The notes: generated by a model from the sequence alone, not told the origin. A DNA stretch of 44,704 nt from Anaerolineae bacterium (GCA_034435435.1 DAOTXN010000147.1:1-44704), one strand, 5' to 3'. Counted from the first letter of the stretch, positions 26,026 through 36,315 are shown. Numbers and translations are program-made.

Positions 26026-28269
26026 TCAGTTTTTGATGCCCCGCACATTTTCGGCTTGCGGGCGACCTTGGTAGCTGCCAACTGTGTAACTCACTCTCTG
26101 CCCTACCTGCAACGATTTTCGCCCTGAGCCGACAATACCGCTGTGGTGAACACGGATTTCGCTGCCATCTTCCTGGGTAATAGAACCGATACCCCGATCA
26201 TCTAACCATTTCTTGACCACTCCGATCTTGGTTGCTGAAGAGGTCGTCTGTTTTATTTGTTCTCTTACCGGCGTGGGCGATTTGACCGGTTGCCCAGCGA
26301 CTGCAGCCAGGGGGTCGGGTAGCACAGGCCGATGCCTGAACCTTTCAAGCTCCATGTACTCTGTTTGCTGGGGCCCAGGCCACTCGAGTATCTTTAACAG
26401 CATTTGAATCCGTGGTACACCCGCCAAAGATGATGCGTTATTGCGCTCGTTCTGGTCCATGTGCGCCAGGACATATCGATCGAATGCCTGGATAAAGCAT
26501 TGGGTATCATCTGGCGTTTCTGCCCTGTGCCACACGGGAAGGATTTGGGCCTTCTCATTTTTACTGAACAGGCAGCTATAGCGACCCATTTCCTCTTTAC
26601 GAGCACTCAAATACAGTGTGGGTTGGAGATGGGCAGAACCCATGCCCAGCGGCTTGCCCATGCCCAGTTTGTGGCGATACTGCTTGTCCGCCTCACCTGG
26701 CAACGTCAAGGCCCAGAGCAAAGCCCCTAGCTCGAAATCGCGCAGGTTCTCAAAATGGATATGAAACTTGAAAGCCACTTTCGACCTGACCGGCTTGATG
26801 CGAGTGTATTGTTTGGGGTGGTCTGTCAATGCCTCCTGATCGAACTCTTGAATATCGTTTAAATTGACATTGCCCCGATGCCAGTAGAGTTTGTGGCCAC
26901 GAATGGTTGTTTTGTGAGGCGGGGGACTGGCATAGTGATCTAGTTGACTTTTATCATCTGGTTCTTGTTGAGTCAGGTAGTGCTGAAAACTAGTTGGCTT
27001 GGGCGAGCCAAGGATCTTTGGCGTGATTGGGTGTTGAGCCGTCCATTCAGCTTGCGCCGCAGGTTCTGACCGTGCATCAGTAATTATGACTCGGCCAGCG
27101 CAGGCGCGATCTTTTACAGGAATGGCATCACTCTTGGTGTAGCCAAAGATAGCCTCGGCCAAATCCCGCTCCGACTCTTTCCGGAGGTCAGGAGGGAGCA
27201 AATCAAGTGGGCTGTTCGGGTAGGGAAGCCGAAACATCTTGGTCGGACCGAAAAAGACCAGTTCACCGGCAACATCGAGCAGATAGAAAAGCGGATCACC
27301 GTCACTCAGTAGTTTTCGTGTGCCTGTACCCAGCCCGCGCGTGAGATCGCGATCTTCCTGGTAGATTTGCCACATCTCGTCAGAAATGGGCACCCATTTG
27401 GCCGAAGGATCTGGCTCAAAGATGACACAGTGCCAATGTTTTTCGTGTCTTCCACCCATATGACCAGATTCGATCAGCGTACCAGGTACCATGCCAGGGG
27501 GTGCACTATGACTTCCGTGGCGAGCCGTTACCCTAGTAGTGATAGCGATATCAAGAATCAAGTCTCCCGGGCCTCGTTGACCACGGTTTTGAGATCCTCG
27601 AGAAGCGGGCTCTACAAACACATCGTAGACCCTTTGTGTCCCTCGTGACTCTCCCGTAATAGATCGGACGTTGTTGTACTCCACGTGTACGAACGATTCA
27701 CCGTTGTGCTCACTTACCGGTTGAATGGCCCACCCATTTGGGGTTTTCTTGAGATAGCCACCCTTGAGACGTGGAGAAGGATAGTCTAGATGCGTGGTCG
27801 GTGGCGCAGCCTTGTTTTTGCCCAGCATTTGCTCTCGATACCAGATTCCTAATGATGAAGGATCGCCTACTGCACGGTAGATGAGCTGTTCGCTGGTGAC
27901 CCACTGTACTTTGCCGTAGCCCACGATTTCCACCAACGATCTGATCATGCCACGCAGAGTGCTGCCCGGAATTACTGGACATTGGCCATCCACAGAGAAG
28001 AACTGAGCTCTTTCGTCTTTTACTTCTTCCGGCAGCTCGTGGAACGGCTTGTCGCCCCAGGCCCTGAAAATCTCTGGACTCATACCTGCCCGGGTGTATA
28101 GAGGCGATTCCGTGGTGAGCAGACATTCGATGTAGCCCGTATACCCGGCATAGACGTCTTGAGGTGGAATGTCATCAACCGTAACCACTTTTTCCGGCAA
28201 TGGAATAAAGTTATAGGGCGCGTGGGCTGTGCGATTTGACTGCTTGGGACTCTTGTGTTTCGGATTCAT
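26026..28269 (-). CDS. cas7: Large Cas7-family RAMP (Cas7 with a large insertion) with a C-terminal cold-shock domain, 747 aa
   Basis: N-terminal HAPYNFIPLPEKV and G-rich loop VIPGSTLRGMIRSLVEIVGYG are typical of type III RAMPs. C-terminal 65 aa (KIGVVKKWLDDRGIGSITQEDGSEIRVHHSGIVGSGRKSLQVGQRVSYTVGSYQGRPQAENVRGI) matches the CspA-type cold-shock domain pattern. RBS GGAGGGGTGAAATG. Confidence 0.6.
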   Translation of the reverse strand: MNPKHKSPKQSNRTAHAPYNFIPLPEKVVTVDDIPPQDVYAGYTGYIECLLTTESPLYTRAGMSPEIFRAWGDKPFHELPEEVKDERAQFFSVDGQCPVIPGSTLRGMIRSLVEIVGYGKVQWVTSEQLIYRAVGDPSSLGIWYREQMLGKNKAAPPTTHLDYPSPRLKGGYLKKTPNGWAIQPVSEHNGESFVHVEYNNVRSITGESRGTQRVYDVFVEPASRGSQNRGQRGPGDLILDIAITTRVTARHGSHSAPPGMVPGTLIESGHMGGRHEKHWHCVIFEPDPSAKWVPISDEMWQIYQEDRDLTRGLGTGTRKLLSDGDPLFYLLDVAGELVFFGPTKMFRLPYPNSPLDLLPPDLRKESERDLAEAIFGYTKSDAIPVKDRACAGRVIITDARSEPAAQAEWTAQHPITPKILGSPKPTSFQHYLTQQEPDDKSQLDHYASPPPHKTTIRGHKLYWHRGNVNLNDIQEFDQEALTDHPKQYTRIKPVRSKVAFKFHIHFENLRDFELGALLWALTLPGEADKQYRHKLGMGKPLGMGSAHLQPTLYLSARKEEMGRYSCLFSKNEKAQILPVWHRAETPDDTQCFIQAFDRYVLAHMDQNERNNASSLAGVPRIQMLLKILEWPGPQQTEYMELERFRHRPVLPDPLAAVAGQPVKSPTPVREQIKQTTSSATKIGVVKKWLDDRGIGSITQEDGSEIRVHHSGIVGSGRKSLQVGQRVSYTVGSYQGRPQAENVRGIKN

Positions 28270-28270
28270 T

Positions 28271-28843
28271 TCACCCCTCCAATCCTACCAAACGGCTCAG
28301 GGCGATATATGCCTGGCCTTCCTCATCATAATCCACGTAATGGCGCACTTTGAGCGCCGGTCGTCGTTTCCCTTGCGGAATCACCGGCGGCGCGTGGCGC
28401 TGGCCCTGTTTCCCTTCCTGGAGCAGGGCGAAGCCGGTCTGTTGGTCTACTTTCACCGGGTTGCCCAGATGCCAGAGCAGGTGTCTCTCGTCTGGCAGCG
28501 CCTTCAATGTGAGGTGGGTATCTTTTATCAGACGAGCGACAAACCCCTTCTTCGTGCGCCAGACCAGCAGTTCTCCCGCCGGGCCAAAGATGCGCGCTTG
28601 CTGCAAGGTCACCGCCCGTAACGGCACGGCGACCGAGGGAAATTCTTTGGAATCGCTGAATACGTCGCTAGAAAGCGCCAAAGTCCCATCGGCCTGCCGC
28701 TTACCCCAGATGACGCCATCGTCGGCGTGGACGAGCAGCCAGGGCATCCCTTCATCCACTCGCTGCGTCAGCCAGGCGCGCGGGTCGCTAACCAATTCTG
28801 TCAGTTTTTCTTTGTCTATCGATATGCCATAGTGCTTGCTCAT
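28271..28843 (-). CDS. Small beta-rich protein inside the RAMP gene array (possibly Csx19-like accessory subunit), 190 aa
   Basis: Translationally coupled on both sides (TGAaATG downstream, 4-bp overlap upstream). Sequence is beta-strand-rich (GVIWGKRQADGTLAL, ELLVWRTKKGFVARL), unlike helical Cas11. Confidence 0.35.
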   Translation of the reverse strand: MSKHYGISIDKEKLTELVSDPRAWLTQRVDEGMPWLLVHADDGVIWGKRQADGTLALSSDVFSDSKEFPSVAVPLRAVTLQQARIFGPAGELLVWRTKKGFVARLIKDTHLTLKALPDERHLLWHLGNPVKVDQQTGFALLQEGKQGQRHAPPVIPQGKRRPALKVRHYVDYDEEGQAYIALSRLVGLEG

Positions 28844-30282
28844 GCGTTCTGACCCTCCTTGTGAGCGTGGAATGCCGCCACGAAATCTTCCAGGGCTTGC
28901 GACGCACCATCGCCACCAAAGTGTAAGGTCTTATTCTCGCCCTGTGTCAATTCCCAGGTTGTGGTCTGCCCCGGCGTGCGCTGTGTCAACTTTGCCGAGC
29001 GGCCTGCCAGCCGCCCCCGCCCCACGCTGCTCTCACCACCCAGGGGCAGGTCGCCGGTCCACAGGTCTTTGAGCACCAGCAGCAACAGACCGATTTCCGC
29101 CGCTTGGGGCTGACGCAATTCCAGGTGGACACGCACTTGCGATCCCGGGCCGCCGAAGAGCGGCTGCTCGGAAAAGAGCGCCTGGGGATAGGCCCCGCCA
29201 GTAAAGCGGTCGATCTTGACCCGGCTCTGCACCAGGTCGAGATTACCTTTGACCTCGCTCTCATAAGTGACAATGCGGCTGCCCGCCGGTTTGTCCTCGC
29301 TCCCTTTGATGAGCGGGCCGAACATGCCGTTGACTAGGTCCTTGGCCTTGTCTTCCGGCAACAACGTATTGGCAATCCGCTGCGCCCGCGCCCGCACTGC
29401 ACCTGCCAGGCTGGTGCCGGACAGGATGGGAACCGGCTTCCTATTGCGCGGCGATTGCAGATGTACCATATCGGGGTCGTCAGGATCGCCGGAACTGGAG
29501 CGGATGAGCAGGGAGCTTTCCAGCGCAAAGGTTGCATCAAGGGTGAAGCGGACGCGATTATCGGGCAATGCTTGCGCGTCGTCCCCCAACAGGTCGCAGA
29601 TCTTTTCGCCACGCATCTCACCGGTGGCGTCGTTGTTCAACCAGGCCAAAAGCCCTTGCTTCGTCGTGACCGGGTAGCGCCGCACGCGCCACTCGGCGAC
29701 CTTGCACTGCCCCAATCCGCGACGTTTGCGCATTCCCAGGCCGATTTCGCCGCACTCGAGGCCGTGCAGGGCCAGGGCCAGGCTTTGCAGCAAGTCGGCG
29801 CCCCGGTTGTCCTCCGAAAGCAGCAACTCCAAAGAGAGTTCGAACGTCGTCCCGGCTTGAAGCAACTCGATGTCGTACTTTTTCTTATCCGCAGCAGTGC
29901 GAGTTTTGGCCTCGAGGGCCACGCCGTCGCGGATTTCGACGCCCGGCGTCTCGCCCAGGGCATCGTCCACCAGCAGCCAACTCTGCACACTTTCGTTGCC
30001 GCGCACCGTGCCGAAGAGTTGTCGCGCCCGATCATTGGGGCGCTCGGCGCCGCCGTAGCCGTGTTCTGCCTCACGCACGTAGGCGCGCAGCGCGCCCGCA
30101 ATGGACGTGCCAGTGAGCAACGGTTTGCCCGTCACACTATCCAACAGCAAGGGCATATCGGTGAGCGCCTCGGCATCCCCGTTGCCAAGATGCGCCGGAG
30201 TTTCCAATACCAACGTACCCTGGATAAGCACCCGCTCAATGATCTTACGCCCGGCGCGTCCTTCTACTTCATAGCCATTCAT
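28840..30282 (-). CDS. cas7: Double Cas7 fusion (Cas7-2x) RAMP, 480 aa
   Basis: Two G-rich-loop signatures in one polypeptide: PLLTGTSIAGALRAYVRE and VPILSGTSLAGAVRARAQRI. Confidence 0.6.
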   Translation of the reverse strand: MNGYEVEGRAGRKIIERVLIQGTLVLETPAHLGNGDAEALTDMPLLLDSVTGKPLLTGTSIAGALRAYVREAEHGYGGAERPNDRARQLFGTVRGNESVQSWLLVDDALGETPGVEIRDGVALEAKTRTAADKKKYDIELLQAGTTFELSLELLLSEDNRGADLLQSLALALHGLECGEIGLGMRKRRGLGQCKVAEWRVRRYPVTTKQGLLAWLNNDATGEMRGEKICDLLGDDAQALPDNRVRFTLDATFALESSLLIRSSSGDPDDPDMVHLQSPRNRKPVPILSGTSLAGAVRARAQRIANTLLPEDKAKDLVNGMFGPLIKGSEDKPAGSRIVTYESEVKGNLDLVQSRVKIDRFTGGAYPQALFSEQPLFGGPGSQVRVHLELRQPQAAEIGLLLLVLKDLWTGDLPLGGESSVGRGRLAGRSAKLTQRTPGQTTTWELTQGENKTLHFGGDGASQALEDFVAAFHAHKEGQNA

Positions 30283-31889
30283 GCGCCCACCTCCTGGTCA
30301 GGTTTCTGGTTCTGGCGGATCGCCTTTTTCATCACACCATCAATGAGCCGCGCTGTGTATTTCACCCGCAATTCGGGCGTGAACGCCGCCCGCTGACCTG
30401 CGACGGGGGATAAAGACTGTCCTTTTAAGAGTTGTTGCTGGATGTCTTGCTCCTGCAGCCGGGCCTCGAGCCAGGTCAGCAGGGGAAGGCCCGCCACGCG
30501 CGCCTCCTCGAATTGCCCCTTCGCGCCCTTGAGGGCGGCCAGGTGCACGCGAATGGGAGTCAGATCCCCTTCCCGCAGCGCTTGGCGCGCTGCGTTGCGC
30601 ACCCGCGAAAGCTGCGCGTTCTGTGGCTGGCGCGAGATTTGGATGCCGCTGATGGCAGCCGTCAGGCCCCGTTCCAACAGGTTTACCAAGTGGTTTTGGG
30701 CCATCCGCTGTGCCAATGCCAGACCTTCCTCAGAAAGGTTTGCCTTGGACGTTAATGCTTGACGCGCCCATGGTCCCCAGGCTACAGTATTCGCCGTGTG
30801 CCAGTTGACCGCGATGCGCCCAAACCCCTCGGCTCGTCGCTCGCCGATACCGGCTGCGACGAGATCGCGTAGTTGTTCAGCATCTACCTGCGCCGCGTCA
30901 TAGACAAAGACGCTGCCCGCTTGCAAGACCCAGGTTTGCTCCAGCGGTAACCCCCACTTGCGGTTAAAGCCGCCCACCAATCCCACGCGCTGATACTTGC
31001 GCCGGGCCTGCAGGTCTGGCAAGTCTAACAAGTCAGCCAGCATCCCATCCATATCGGCGCTGAACTGCCCGTCTGACCCGCGCAGGATGGCATCGCTCAG
31101 CAACGTGACGATGACCACGTCACCCGGCGCAGCAGCGGGTGCGTATTCCGTCCAGTTTTCAACCAGGGCCAGTGTTTCTATTTGTACGTGACCATAGCCG
31201 GCCGTGTGCGCGCCGCCCAAGAAGAGATCGGGATTCCCTGCTAGCAAGGTGTGCAGCAGCTCCAGGTCAAAGTCATCCGGCGCGATGATGGCGCCGCCCA
31301 GCACTTCCCCCGCCGCCAACGCATCGTAGCGATAGACCTTGTTTTCCTCGGTGCGGGTGTTCGCTTTGACCAGCGCGATGTGGACGTTTACCTCACGCGC
31401 AGGAGTGTAGAACTTTGTTTGTGGCGGCTCAGGTTCTTTGCCGACAGCAAGCGCTTCCAGTGCTTCCTCGGCGGATAGTTGGGGCGCTTCGGGCATGGTC
31501 AAAACGCAAAAATCGGCATTCTTGGGCGGTTTGGGTTGCTGCAATTGAATGGACGCATCCACTGCCCAGTCGTAGAATGTCCCGCTATCATCTCCCGCCA
31601 AATCCTTCTCCGTGAACCACGAAAGAGGGCGAGGCAAAAGCCGTTTCCCTTCGGGAGCAGGATAGGCATTGAGGAAAGCCACTGTGCCATCCAGAAACAA
31701 CGCACGAGTCTCGGCGTTTTTCGCCAAGTCGCCCGGTTCCTCATCTCGCAAATAGCGCGCGACCACCGCACCGCGCAGGGCGCTGCCCGGCACAAAGGGC
31801 AGGCCGATGGCGCTGTTCTCCTCGCCGGTTTCGGCTTGGGAGACCAGCACCGGTTCCAGCAAACGTAATTGATAGGTCAGGGCTTTCAT
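30279..31889 (-). CDS. Large RAMP-superfamily protein (536 aa). Cas7-like N-terminus, possibly a Cas5-group/Csx10-like or fused subunit.
   Basis: GLPFVPGSALRGAVVARYLR G-rich loop near the N-terminus. 4-bp overlaps with both neighbours. Confidence 0.5.
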   Translation of the reverse strand: MKALTYQLRLLEPVLVSQAETGEENSAIGLPFVPGSALRGAVVARYLRDEEPGDLAKNAETRALFLDGTVAFLNAYPAPEGKRLLPRPLSWFTEKDLAGDDSGTFYDWAVDASIQLQQPKPPKNADFCVLTMPEAPQLSAEEALEALAVGKEPEPPQTKFYTPAREVNVHIALVKANTRTEENKVYRYDALAAGEVLGGAIIAPDDFDLELLHTLLAGNPDLFLGGAHTAGYGHVQIETLALVENWTEYAPAAAPGDVVIVTLLSDAILRGSDGQFSADMDGMLADLLDLPDLQARRKYQRVGLVGGFNRKWGLPLEQTWVLQAGSVFVYDAAQVDAEQLRDLVAAGIGERRAEGFGRIAVNWHTANTVAWGPWARQALTSKANLSEEGLALAQRMAQNHLVNLLERGLTAAISGIQISRQPQNAQLSRVRNAARQALREGDLTPIRVHLAALKGAKGQFEEARVAGLPLLTWLEARLQEQDIQQQLLKGQSLSPVAGQRAAFTPELRVKYTARLIDGVMKKAIRQNQKPDQEVGA

Positions 31890-32554
31890 CCTTGCACCGC
31901 CTTTCGGAAGCTCGCAAAATGAGTTTCGGTCAGCGGTTCACCGCCCGGGGCAAAGAGCTCCGCCTGCACCCGCCCGCGCCCACGATTGCGCCCGGTGCCG
32001 ACACGTCGCAGCGCTTTGACCGTGGCTGCGAGCAGGGCCAGATCGTCAGAGTTCGGCTCTTCGCTGAAGATGAGTTGCGCACTGAACACGATATCGCGGA
32101 GGATGACCCGCATCGTGCGCAGCGTCTCTTTGCGCGGCGCGCCGCTCTCGTCCATCGCGGTCTGGCGGCGTAGCGTGGTCAACATGTCGAGCACATCGCT
32201 GCGCGTCAGAGTCTTTTTCTCGATGTCACGGGACAAGGCCGCCTGTAAGTCGCGCGGCAGGCGGGCCGGACCAACACGCATGATGGCTTCTCCTTCCAAC
32301 CGCGCCCCGCTCTGACCAAAGAGGCGGGTTGCAGCCCGTTGCCAGCGCGTTTTTTGATCTGGGAGGGCTTTACTCAGGGCATGGACCAGATCGTCGCACT
32401 CTGCGCCCAAGACGCCCTTGAGCGCGCGCCCACCGAGATAGGGTAGGCCGACGGCGTCGTGTTGTACCTCCACATCCACCAGACCGGCCACGCCATCGCC
32501 GCGCCCAAAGGTAGCATCACTCAAGAGGGTCAGTTTGAGTTGATAGACTTTCAT
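31886..32554 (-). CDS. cas7: Cas7 (Csm3/Cmr4-like) RAMP, 222 aa
   Basis: MKVYQLKLTLLSDATFGRGDG...GLPYLGGRALKGVLGAECDDL matches the Csm3-type N-terminal strand plus G-rich loop. Confidence 0.55.
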   Translation of the reverse strand: MKVYQLKLTLLSDATFGRGDGVAGLVDVEVQHDAVGLPYLGGRALKGVLGAECDDLVHALSKALPDQKTRWQRAATRLFGQSGARLEGEAIMRVGPARLPRDLQAALSRDIEKKTLTRSDVLDMLTTLRRQTAMDESGAPRKETLRTMRVILRDIVFSAQLIFSEEPNSDDLALLAATVKALRRVGTGRNRGRGRVQAELFAPGGEPLTETHFASFRKAVQG

Positions 32555-34066
32555 CGTGTTATTTCCTCCTCCAATGGGACAAAAAAGTCCAGCGCCTCCA
32601 CTGCGTCAAAGTAGCCGCAGCGCCCTCCTTGCCAGCCCTGCCCCGCCATCATGGGCAGGCTGCTGATTTCCGGTAGACGTTTCAGATCGGGATACGCGGC
32701 GAGGAAATGCTGCACCGCCTCACGCCCGCCACGCAACGCCTCCCGCAGTGCTTTGACCTTGTTGCGCCGTCCGGCCCAGGAGCCATCTCCATCCTGGAAG
32801 GCCGCCATGATCCGTGTAAAAGTTTCCCATGAGCGCCAATCGCCATTGGGTGGATTTAGCCGCACCGGGCGCATGAGCAGGCTATCGTCATGCACGGTGT
32901 ATTCGCGCTCTCGCACCTCTTTCAACGGCAGCACCAGCCCACTCACGGCAAAGTGCCAATCCAGGGCAGTCAAGCGATCTTTGCCGATATAGCCTTTGGC
33001 CGAGGCTGCCAACGCTTCGGCCAGTTCGTAGGCGCGGGAGAAGGGATAGTGCGATTTGACCACAGCCACACCCGCGCGGGCGTGCGCCTGTTCCTTGTCG
33101 GAAAGGATCTGCTCCGAGAAGACCCGCAGATAGTGCGCGGCGACTGCTAGACCCAGCCGCCCTTCGCAGACGAAGGTGACGTCATCCCCGCCAAAGACGA
33201 TGGGGCGGAAGGGCAAATGATCCACTCCCTTCTTATGCGGGCAAGGCACACGACCTCGTATGCGTTTGCTCACTTGGCCCTTCTCATCCTCAACCTCTTT
33301 GACCGCATCAAACAGTAAATCTACGGTGCTGGCAAGGGCTTTATCCGCTGCTGCTTTTACCGAGTTGGAGAAATTTTTCAACGCCTCACAGTAGTCCTCG
33401 TCGCTCCTTCCCACCAATCCCTGGATACGCTCGCCCATACGGTTGCCGTCGGTGTGGATGATGGCCAAGTAACTGGATTCACCCTTGGTCCCAAAATCAC
33501 CGAAATCATAGACAAATTCATAGCCCTGCTCGGTGAGCCTGGATAACTTTCGGCGAAGCTGGGCTTTGCCGTCTTCAGTTGCGCGTAGTTTGGCTTGCAC
33601 CTCGGCGGAAATCAGTTGCCCATCGTCGTTGGTGCCGACTGCCGGCGCGCCGGTGTAGACGCAGGCAGCGGTGACGCCCAGGCCCAGGAGCGGCGTGGAT
33701 GGGCGGCGGTTCAGTTTGCGTTGGGCCAGTTTGCCACGCAACGCCTGGTGCGTATCGCGCAACTGCCCCGACGCGAAAGTCTGCCGCGCTACGACCAGTT
33801 GCAGGCCGGGCGCGTCTTTGAGCGCCTGGTAGGTCAGCTCGCGAGCAAAGGTGTCCGCCTGTACCTCGGTATCAAAGAGCAACATGGCGTTGCCGCCGCC
33901 GGTGTAGACACGCTGTTCCGGCGTGGTCCGCGCCGCGACCCAATCCTCTGTGGCCTGGCGCACCAACTCCGAAGCGCCGATGTTCTGAGCCAGTTGGTTG
34001 CTGCCAAAGATGTAGTTCTGGATGCCGGAAGCTTCCACCAATAACAATGTTTTCTCTGTCATCATC
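32551..34066 (-). CDS. cas10: Cas10-like large subunit lacking an HD domain but retaining the cyclase GGDD motif (type III-D-like), about 505 aa
   Basis: Palm-domain motifs LLLVEASGIQNYIFGSNQLAQNIGASELV and PIVFGGDDVTFVCEG. No HD motif at the N-terminus. The ATGATG start at 34066/34063 is preceded by AAGGAGGG, and the longer ORF start at 34104 is unlikely. Confidence 0.55.
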
Positions 34067-34104
34067 CCTCCTTGAATGAATGAACGAGAAAGCGAGTGAG
34101 CCAA

Positions 34105-35289
34105 TCAGCGAATCTGACCGGCAATGGCGATCCACTCGCGGAAGTGCTGCGCCAGATCCGGCAAATGTTCCCGCCCAAAGACGCGGATTTTACCCTGAGC
34201 GTCCCAAGACTCACTGACCTCATCTTGTAATGCTTGTGCCTGTTCCACACAACATACCACGGCAAAGCGCGCTTCGTCACCGCCCAATTGCCGGGCACGG
34301 ACAAAGGTCTCCATGAGATGATCCTTGGCGGACTGCGTGCGATCCGTCGCCATGCATGAAAGAGCAAACAACTGATAGCCCAACAATGCCGCCACGTCTA
34401 ATTCAAAACCACGATGACCAGGGCGCTTGAATTCCAATCCCATGCCCACTTGATGCAATCCCAACTGCGCGCTCAACGCCTGCAAATTCTCAAACACGTA
34501 TTCTTCCAGCCAGTCGGCAATGAACAACTTGGTGCAATTGGCGAGGTGGCCGTTTTTGCAGTTTAGTTCGTCGGCTACCCGCTGGGGCGTTGGCGCCACG
34601 CCACATAGCGCCGTAAAGGCAGCGATCACCGGCGCTAAAGCCGGGTATTCGGCCGCGGTAGGCAGCTGCGGATTAGCCTGGCTGAGAGTTTGCAGCCAGG
34701 TGCGCCATTGGTTAAAGCCCGCTTTCGTGCAATGTACCTCCACCAGCGACTGGCGCAAAATCGACGGCATGGCTGGCGGACGCTGTACATTCACTTCGTA
34801 GCCATGCAAGGCGAAAAGGGCCTCAAAATCCACTTGCACGCGCTGGCCTACAAAGATGTGCTGGGTGGGCACACCCGGCGCTTCGATGACGAAGGAGAGC
34901 GTGTCGGCATCCAGGTAGCTGAACACACCACGGGGATAGGCCGCGCGCAAGATGTGATAAGATTGCGCGGCCATCGATTTGCTGCCGCCGGTGTAGTTCA
35001 GGCCGATGCTGGCGTTAGGGCCGATCTCCCGCTTTAAGCTCTGTAGGCGCTGGGCGATCAACTGTGGATCGGACTTGGAGATTTCCCAGAGGGTTAGAGT
35101 CAGATCGCCGCGCTTTTTACGGATCTGTTCACTGAGCTGCTTGGCGATGTCAAAGGTTGTATTGGTATGCAGAAGATAGGCCACGCCGCGCTCTGCGGCC
35201 AGCAACAACGCTGCCACATAATTCGGCAGCGGGTTGGCGCCGACCAGGAGAAACAGCACATCCGTTTGGTAGGGGGAGAAATCGGCCAT
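34105..35289 (-). CDS. CARF-domain effector protein (Csx1/Csm6-like, possible C-terminal HEPN), about 394 aa
   Basis: CARF N-terminal strand-loop DVLFLLVGANPLPNYVAALLLAA and the LNYTGGSKSMAAQSY motif. C-terminal R-x5-H candidate (KIRVFGREH). ATG at 35289 (MADFSPYQ). Confidence 0.5.
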   Translation of the reverse strand: MADFSPYQTDVLFLLVGANPLPNYVAALLLAAERGVAYLLHTNTTFDIAKQLSEQIRKKRGDLTLTLWEISKSDPQLIAQRLQSLKREIGPNASIGLNYTGGSKSMAAQSYHILRAAYPRGVFSYLDADTLSFVIEAPGVPTQHIFVGQRVQVDFEALFALHGYEVNVQRPPAMPSILRQSLVEVHCTKAGFNQWRTWLQTLSQANPQLPTAAEYPALAPVIAAFTALCGVAPTPQRVADELNCKNGHLANCTKLFIADWLEEYVFENLQALSAQLGLHQVGMGLEFKRPGHRGFELDVAALLGYQLFALSCMATDRTQSAKDHLMETFVRARQLGGDEARFAVVCCVEQAQALQDEVSESWDAQGKIRVFGREHLPDLAQHFREWIAIAGQIR

Positions 35290-35322
35290 TGTTGTCCTTT
35301 TCAAAAACACCTGTTTGTCTGA

Positions 35323-36315
35323 CTAGTCCATTCCCTTATCGAGAACATACCTCCCCCCTCCCCACACCACCCCCTTCCCCACGCCCACCCACTGCCCCAG
35401 CCACAGGGCCGGCAACAGCGGGCGCAGATCTGCTTCCGAGGCATACCAGGCCTGACCCACGAATCCTTCCAGCGGCATTGTTCCGCCGCGCTGGCTGTGG
35501 CGGGTCTGGCTCATCCAGGTGGTCTCGTGGTGCTCCAGGCGCACCCCGTCGGCCAGGTCCAGCAGCGGGCCGTACTCGGCCTGGGGCCATTCGCCCGCGC
35601 CGTGCACCTCGCTCAGGATGCGCAGCCGGCGCACGACCGCCCGCGCCAGGGGCGCGAACTCGGGGCGGCGGGCCAGCTCGCCCTGCGCTTTGACCTTGAC
35701 CGGGCTGAGAAAGTGCAGGCGCAAGCGCGTGATTTCAGGTGCGCCGCACCTGACCCAGGTCTGGCCGTCGGCGTAGCTCACCGCCATTCCCTCTACCGGG
35801 TCGCCCTGCCACACACCATCCACGAGCAATGGGACAGTCTGGCCGTCCGGCCCGGTCAGTGCTTCCACCCGGCGTATCACAGCTTTCAAGCGCTCGCGGC
35901 CCATTCCGCGCTCGCCCCCCACCATCAGCGCCGCCACAAAGGCCGGCAGTTGCTGGATGGCCGCCGAACCGATGAGGGCCAATTCAAAACGAAACCAGTC
36001 GCCAACGTCCACCTCACGCCGGCGGTCCTGATTGTCCCACAACGCGTAGCCCGGCGGCGGGGTGGGACCCATCAAGCGTTGCAGCGCTTGCGACCAGGAG
36101 GGGTCGGGCTGGGGTTCCAGCAAGAATCCGAACAGACACTGGCGGGGTCGTTGGCAGCCGTTCCGGCAACGTTCGGGCTGCCGGCACCAGAGGGTCCCCA
36201 GATACCACAGCAAGGCCCGGCGCAGCAGGTCGCCCTTGTAGGGTGGCAGGCGGGCGGGAGCGGCCACCTCTAGCTCGAAGCGCAGGCGCATCAGGCGCAG
36301 TTCCGATAACATATC
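35323..36315 (-). CDS. cas6: Cas6-like CRISPR RNA endoribonuclease (330 aa)
   Basis: C-terminal glycine-rich loop GVGKGVVWGGGRY (G.G.....G.G pattern). N-terminus MLSELRLMRLRFELEVAAPARLPPYKGDLLRRALLWYLG is Cas6-like. Position at the head of the type III operon. Confidence 0.5.
   Translation of the reverse strand, partial: DMLSELRLMRLRFELEVAAPARLPPYKGDLLRRALLWYLGTLWCRQPERCRNGCQRPRQCLFGFLLEPQPDPSWSQALQRLMGPTPPPGYALWDNQDRRREVDVGDWFRFELALIGSAAIQQLPAFVAALMVGGERGMGRERLKAVIRRVEALTGPDGQTVPLLVDGVWQGDPVEGMAVSYADGQTWVRCGAPEITRLRLHFLSPVKVKAQGELARRPEFAPLARAVVRRLRILSEVHGAGEWPQAEYGPLLDLADGVRLEHHETTWMSQTRHSQRGGTMPLEGFVGQAWYASEADLRPLLPALWLGQWVGVGKGVVWGGGRYVLDKGMD

Noticed and set aside
32551-34104. Cas10 starting at the first in-frame Met (34104), abutting the CARF gene stop
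   Set aside because: A consensus RBS (AAGGAGGG) immediately precedes the ATGATG at 34066/34063, so the first 13 codons are probably not translated.
35157-36273. Pro/Arg/Gly-rich ORFs (178 aa +, 258 aa +, 84 aa -) overlapping the CARF gene start and the Cas6 gene
   Set aside because: Very low-complexity translations (PAPGARTRGGGPARP...) typical of wrong-frame reading of GC-rich coding DNA. The minus-strand Cas6 frame has recognisable features.
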